Shown in pieces: positions 59,379 to 64,000 of a stretch of DNA of 64,000 nt. Positions within the stretch are counted from its first letter, which is position 1; the number at the start of each line of letters is the position of its first letter. The stretch comes from an uncultured Gammaproteobacteria bacterium. GTDB lineage: Bacteria; Patescibacteriota; Microgenomatia; UBA12405. The position numbers were made by a program, and so were the translations under genes. The notes beneath the pieces were generated by a model. It had not been told where the DNA came from. It did not search any database and saw only the letters and a program-made list of their open reading frames with translations. Location: positions 25,196-89,195 of the forward strand of contig CAYUVY010000001.1 of NCBI GenBank assembly GCA_964448465.1, read 5' to 3'.

Positions 59379-60580
59379 CCAAAAAACGTGTTTTAATGAT
59401 TACTCCTTATCTTCCACGAACTTCTACTTCTGGTGGCCAAACCAGATCCTATTATCTTATCAAGCACATATCTAAACTAATTGACATTAGCTTAATCTGT
59501 TTTACACGTGACGAAGAAGGCTTAAAAGAGCTACAACCTTATTGTAAAAAAATTATTATTATTAAGCGTGGCAAAACTTGGGATTTAAAAAAAATACTGT
59601 CTACGGGCTTTGGACCTTACCCTTTTCTTATTACTAATTACATCAGTAACGAACTAAAAGAAAAGATTGCCCAGGAAATTGCCACCAATCAATACGACCT
59701 AATTCACACCGAATGCTTTTATCTGATGCCTAATATTCCCCAAACAAATTTACCAATTTTTTTGGTCGACCAAACTATCGAATATGCAGTTTATCAACAC
59801 TACACTGACACCCTCCGTGGCTTGATCAAGATATTAACCCCACTCTTGTATATTGATGTTTACAAACTAAAATACTGGGAAAATTACTATTGGAAACAAA
59901 CTAACTATTTGGCAGCAGTTTCCGAAGATGACAAAAAAGTTATTCAACAAGACACGGGACGAAAAGATGTCTTAGTCTTGCCAAACGGAGTAGACCAAAA
60001 TTATTTAAATACCAAACACTTAACCCCCAAAACCCCATATCCTTCCATTTTGTTTGGTATCTCCAACATGAAATGGATGCAAAACCGCGAAGGTGCTGAA
60101 CTTCTTTTAAAACAAGTCTGGCCCAAAATTCAACAAGCCATACCGGATTGTCGTTTATACATTATTGGCCGCAACGCCCCCCAAATCTTTCATGATTATG
60201 CCAACGACAACGTCATCATTGCCGAAGCCGAAACTGACGGCCAAGCCAACGACCCCGTCTCTTATTACCAGCGCTGTTGGCTCTTAGTTGCTCCTATCTT
60301 GAGCGGTAATGGGACTAGAACCAAATTCTTCGAAGCTATGGCCACAGGGCTGCCTATTTTGACAACCAAACAAGGTATGGAAGGCATACCTGCCAAAAAT
60401 GGCGAACACGCACATATTGTTCCCTTTAATCAACTTGTCAATCAAGCCATCAAATTACTAAAAAATAGTGGCCTTAGAAATCCTCTTGGTCAAAAAGCTA
60501 AAAAATTTGTGGAGTCTAATTACACTTGGGAAATTAGTGCCCAAAAACAGGTCAACATATATGAACAAATTACCAGATAA
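59375..60580 (+). CDS. GT4 family glycosyltransferase
   Basis: SGGQTR, PNGVD, GNGTRTKFFEAMATG.P, YTWE. Confidence 0.9.
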   Translation: MTKKRVLMITPYLPRTSTSGGQTRSYYLIKHISKLIDISLICFTRDEEGLKELQPYCKKIIIIKRGKTWDLKKILSTGFGPYPFLITNYISNELKEKIAQEIATNQYDLIHTECFYLMPNIPQTNLPIFLVDQTIEYAVYQHYTDTLRGLIKILTPLLYIDVYKLKYWENYYWKQTNYLAAVSEDDKKVIQQDTGRKDVLVLPNGVDQNYLNTKHLTPKTPYPSILFGISNMKWMQNREGAELLLKQVWPKIQQAIPDCRLYIIGRNAPQIFHDYANDNVIIAEAETDGQANDPVSYYQRCWLLVAPILSGNGTRTKFFEAMATGLPILTTKQGMEGIPAKNGEHAHIVPFNQLVNQAIKLLKNSGLRNPLGQKAKKFVESNYTWEISAQKQVNIYEQITR

Positions 60581-61502
60581 TAAACAACAAAGTTTTTTGT
60601 CTATTATCATTCTCAACTATAATTCAGGCAATTATTTACAAAAGTGTTTATCAAGTATTCAAAGTTCTAATTTGGATCCCAAATACTACGAAATTATTGT
60701 CGTAGACAATAATTCCACAGACGAAAGCATCTCTTTGGCAAAGCAATTAAAATTTGGTAACCTGAAATTTAAAATTTTATCTGATAATCAAGGCTTTGCT
60801 CACGGCAACAACCAAGGAGTCAAACTAATTTCTTCCAAGTCCACCCTGGTCATGTTTTTAAATCCAGACACAATTCTGGAAACCAACACCTTGTCCAAAC
60901 TTACAAATTATTTTGATGCAAACCCCCAAGTCTGTGCCGTTACCCCCCAGATAATTTTGGCCAAAACTGGTCAGCTACAACCAGAATGCCATCGCGGATT
61001 TCCCACCCCCTTACGATCTTTTTTTCACTTTTCCAAAATTGCCAAACTCTTTCCTGGCAGTTCATTTTTTAATGGATATTTTCAGGGCCATTTGAATACC
61101 AACACTGTTCACCCCGTAGAAGCAGGCGTCGGTGCTTGCCTGATCCTCCGTCGCAAAGTAGGGGATAATCTACGGTGGTGGGATGAAGACTACTTTATGT
61201 ATGGTGAAGACTTACAACTTAGCTGGGATTTGTGGCACCAGGGTTATAATTTATTTTTTGTACCAGACATCAAAATTACCCATTTTCAAGGCATATCCTC
61301 GGGTATTATCCAACATACAATTTCTACTACCAAAGCATCTTCTGAAACCAAAAAACGCTCCATTCTAGCCACTACTCAAGCTATGCGTGTCTTTTTTCAA
61401 AAAAATTTAGCTAGTAGTTATCCAAAAATATTTTCTAGTCTGATAATCCTTGCGATTAATTTGCTAGAGCATTATCGATTGGCCAAAATTCAGTATGTCT
61501 AA
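60561..61502 (+). CDS. GT2 family glycosyltransferase (WbbL-like)
   Basis: IILNYN, VDNNSTD, GFAHGNN, FLNPD, YFMYGED. Start moved to the ATG at 60561. Confidence 0.9.
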   Translation: MNKLPDNKQQSFLSIIILNYNSGNYLQKCLSSIQSSNLDPKYYEIIVVDNNSTDESISLAKQLKFGNLKFKILSDNQGFAHGNNQGVKLISSKSTLVMFLNPDTILETNTLSKLTNYFDANPQVCAVTPQIILAKTGQLQPECHRGFPTPLRSFFHFSKIAKLFPGSSFFNGYFQGHLNTNTVHPVEAGVGACLILRRKVGDNLRWWDEDYFMYGEDLQLSWDLWHQGYNLFFVPDIKITHFQGISSGIIQHTISTTKASSETKKRSILATTQAMRVFFQKNLASSYPKIFSSLIILAINLLEHYRLAKIQYV

Positions 61503-62604
61503 AATTGCCATTGATGCCAGAAATTTTGGACCCAAACACACCGGTATCGGCAGATATGTTCAAAATCTCTTGGACCAAATTGCCCTAACTAAATTTGCTA
61601 AAAACAGTTCTATCTATTTAATTGTCAACAAAAATCAACAAAACGAAATTAGATCTCGCTATCAAGCTAAATTTAAATACCTCCCTACTACCATTGCTCA
61701 CTATTCTTTTGCAGAGCAACTTTTTCTGCCTTTTTTGCTGTATTCAAACAACTTTGACTTGGTTCACTTCACCCAGTTTAACAAACCTTTTTTGTATTTC
61801 AAAAAATCAGTTCTCACAATCCACGACCTAATTAAGCATCTTTCCAAAGGCCGTGAAACTACCACCAAAAGCCCATTGCTTTATTGGCCCAAATATCTTG
61901 CCTACAAACTACTTACTGACTTCAATATTCAACACAATCCCATTATTGTCCCCAGTAACTATTGGCGTAAGTATATTCTGGATAGTTACAAAATTAGTCC
62001 CAGTAAAATTATTACCACCTACGAGGCCCTCGATCCAACTTTTCTCAATAATAAAAAGATTATCGTCAATCCTGATAAATACCTCGTTTATACCGGTAAT
62101 GTTTACCCCCACAAAAATATCCAAATTGTTTTTCAGGCTTTACATAAATTACCAAACTTTAGGTTAAAAATAATTTGTGCCCGCAGTGTCTTTTTAGCTA
62201 GAATTGAAAATAAAATTAAACAACTAGGTATACAAAAACAAGTTGACATATTAGGCTACGTCCCCGACCAAGAATTTATAGATATTTATCAACATGCCAC
62301 TGCCCTGGTGCACCCATCCCTAATTGAGGGCTTTAGTTTAACCGGCCTTGAAGCCATGGCTCTGAATTGTCCTGTTATTTCCAGTAACGCCAGTTGTATG
62401 CCAGAAATTTATCAAGATAGTGTTTTGTACTTTGACCCAAAAAAACCAGACGATTTAATAGAAAAAATAAAAAGTTTGTCTGATAATCCAAAACTTAGGC
62501 ATGATTTAATCCAAAAAGGTAAACTTCAAATAAAAAAATACTCCTGGGCAACCACCGCCAAACAAACCACTGAATTTTATGACCACATCCTTCAGCAAAC
62601 TTAA
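61495..62604 (+). CDS. GT4 family glycosyltransferase (MtfB/WbpY-like)
   Basis: IAIDAR, TGIGRY, TIHD, PHKN, EGFSLTGLEAM, YSW. Confidence 0.92.
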   Translation: MSKIAIDARNFGPKHTGIGRYVQNLLDQIALTKFAKNSSIYLIVNKNQQNEIRSRYQAKFKYLPTTIAHYSFAEQLFLPFLLYSNNFDLVHFTQFNKPFLYFKKSVLTIHDLIKHLSKGRETTTKSPLLYWPKYLAYKLLTDFNIQHNPIIVPSNYWRKYILDSYKISPSKIITTYEALDPTFLNNKKIIVNPDKYLVYTGNVYPHKNIQIVFQALHKLPNFRLKIICARSVFLARIENKIKQLGIQKQVDILGYVPDQEFIDIYQHATALVHPSLIEGFSLTGLEAMALNCPVISSNASCMPEIYQDSVLYFDPKKPDDLIEKIKSLSDNPKLRHDLIQKGKLQIKKYSWATTAKQTTEFYDHILQQT

Positions 62605-63640
62605 GGTAGCTATTTTTTACGATTGGCTTACTCGTTGGGGCGGAGCCGAACAGGTGCTACTCGACCTACTAAAACTATTTCCACAAGCCGAACTTATCAC
62701 TACAATTTATGACCCAACAAAAACTAGTTGGCTACCTAAAGGTCACAAAATAATTACCACTCCGTTATCTCACCCTAGCCTAGAGAAATTTCAAGGTTTA
62801 CTTTCCCCATTTTATCCAATTTTTTTGGAAAAGATTGACACCCGCTCTTATGACTTGGTTATAAGTTTAAGTTCCGTCTTTGGTCATTGCTTTTTAACTC
62901 AACCACAAACCAAATATATTCACTACTGCCTGACACCCAATCGTCATCTTTATCAAAAAAACAGGTTTAAACTATACCAACAGATAGATCAAATATTTGC
63001 CCAAAGACCTGATTATGTCCTTGCCACTAGTGTAGAAGTTGCCAAAAGAATTAAAAAATATCACCATCGCGACAGTCAAGTAATTTACCCAGGTATAGAT
63101 TCCAACTTTTTCAAACCAAATAAAAATATTAAAAAACAAAAACAATACTTAATAGTTTCAAGGTTAGTTCCGTATAAAAACATAGATCTTGCTATCCAGG
63201 CCTGTGGCCAACTAAACAAAAAGCTAATTATTGTTGGACAAGGAAGACTGGCCACATATCTAAAATCTCTTGCCACTAATTACAAAAATATATACTTTAA
63301 ATCCGACGTCCAGCCCGCAGAATTAAAAAAACTTTATCAACAATCTATCGCGCTTTTGGCTCCTCAAATTGAGGACTTTGGTCTAGCTATTGTCGAATCT
63401 CAAGCCTGTGGGACACCAGTTATTAGCTTAGCCCAAGGTGGAGCGCTAGAAACTGTAGAACACCAGCAAACTGGCTACCTTTATCCAGATTCAGACATTA
63501 ATAGTTTAAAAGAAGCTATTTTAAATTTTGAAAGATTAAAACTAAACTCAAAAATAATTCGCAACAATTCACTAAGATTCTCCAAACATATATTCATGCT
63601 AAAATTTAGACAATATCTAAACCAATGCTTAAAACCTTAG
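62579..63640 (+). CDS. GT4 family glycosyltransferase (WbaZ-like)
   Basis: DWLT.WGGAEQV, YCLTP.R, VSRLVPYK, EDFGLAIVESQACG.PV. Confidence 0.92.
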   Translation: MTTSFSKLKVAIFYDWLTRWGGAEQVLLDLLKLFPQAELITTIYDPTKTSWLPKGHKIITTPLSHPSLEKFQGLLSPFYPIFLEKIDTRSYDLVISLSSVFGHCFLTQPQTKYIHYCLTPNRHLYQKNRFKLYQQIDQIFAQRPDYVLATSVEVAKRIKKYHHRDSQVIYPGIDSNFFKPNKNIKKQKQYLIVSRLVPYKNIDLAIQACGQLNKKLIIVGQGRLATYLKSLATNYKNIYFKSDVQPAELKKLYQQSIALLAPQIEDFGLAIVESQACGTPVISLAQGGALETVEHQQTGYLYPDSDINSLKEAILNFERLKLNSKIIRNNSLRFSKHIFMLKFRQYLNQCLKP

Positions 63641-64000
63641 ACACAATAATTTTTGAAACTTTTAAAAGAACTGTAGACATTCTGGGAGGAATTTTTTTAA
63701 TGATTCTTTTCTCACCCATTATTTTGGTTATCAGTCTTTTGGTTAAATTTACTTCCAAAGGCCCTATCTTTTTTAGTCAAATTAGAGTAGGCAAAGACAG
63801 TAAACCTTTTAAGATGTTCAAGTTTCGTACCATGTATACCGGAGACAACGACCTACGCCTTAAAAAATATCCGGAATTGTACAAAAAATACAAAAAGAAC
63901 GGCTGGAAACTATCTTTAAGAGAAGATCCACGACTTACCCAGATTGGTAAAATTATCCGCGCATTATCTCTTGATGAATTTCCTCAGTTTTACAATGTTC
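63625..64000 (+). CDS. Priming phosphoglycosyl transferase (bacterial sugar transferase, WbaP/WcaJ/CpsE/PglC family); 3' end outside the window, absent from the ORF track
   Basis: My translation: MLKTLDTIIFETFKRTVDILGG..SKGPIFFSQIRVGKDSKPFKMFKFRTM..EDPRLTQIGKIIRALSLDEFPQFYNV (KRxxD, KFRTM, DPR, SLDExPQ motifs). Confidence 0.93.
   Translation, partial: MLKTLDTIIFETFKRTVDILGGIFLMILFSPIILVISLLVKFTSKGPIFFSQIRVGKDSKPFKMFKFRTMYTGDNDLRLKKYPELYKKYKKNGWKLSLREDPRLTQIGKIIRALSLDEFPQFYNV

Noticed and set aside
475-63276. About 35 short (60-140 aa) ORFs antisense to or nested in long genes, e.g. 475-738, 20642-21058, 24352-24669, 53246-53605, 61853-62167
   Set aside because: All lie within well-supported genes and have no recognisable motifs; they are expected shadow ORFs.
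1-64000. CRISPR array, tRNA/rRNA, IS element, prophage, defence system or alternative genetic code
   Set aside because: The largest true gap is about 140 bp; I saw no spaced repeats, cloverleaf, transposase, integrase or nuclease motifs. TGA acts as a normal stop in many ATGA overlaps and Trp is TGG, consistent with code 11.

Overview
The whole 64 kb window is one very dense, AT-rich bacterial cell-surface glycosylation locus that runs off both ends. It holds about 57 genes, almost all overlapping or abutting. By motif I count about 14 GT2 and 11 GT4 glycosyltransferases (one broken by frameshifts), a GT17 (MGAT3-like) enzyme, and about 10 multi-pass GT-C-fold membrane transferases: a tandem array of five ArnT/PMT/YfhO-like genes, a TMTC-like TPR protein, a DUF2079-like protein, a WaaL/Wzy-like protein and two others. 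It also has three polyprenol-phosphate sugar synthases, a Wzm/Wzt ABC exporter, a UPF0104 flippase-like protein, an MBOAT/SGNH O-acetylation pair, two hexapeptide acyltransferases, five class I methyltransferases and a B12-binding radical SAM enzyme. Sugar-nucleotide genes are a CDP-3,6-dideoxyhexose operon, rmlA/rmlB and gmd. A priming phosphoglycosyl transferase missing from the ORF track starts at 63625. Gene content, compaction and the ArnT-like family suggest a Patescibacteria/CPR (Microgenomates-like) genome, but this is inference only. Things the ORF track does not show: (i) about 13 TANNNT -10 boxes sit 5-8 nt before start codons, with no obvious Shine-Dalgarno sequences, implying leaderless mRNAs, including overlapping bidirectional promoters in 17-29 bp divergent gaps; (ii) a hidden coiled-coil tail lies behind a frameshift in the GT17 gene; (iii) a GT4 gene is broken at a 7-bp tandem repeat; (iv) the + strand is C-rich regardless of gene orientation. 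I saw no rRNA, tRNA, CRISPR array or mobile element. All functional calls come from motif recognition by eye, not database searches.
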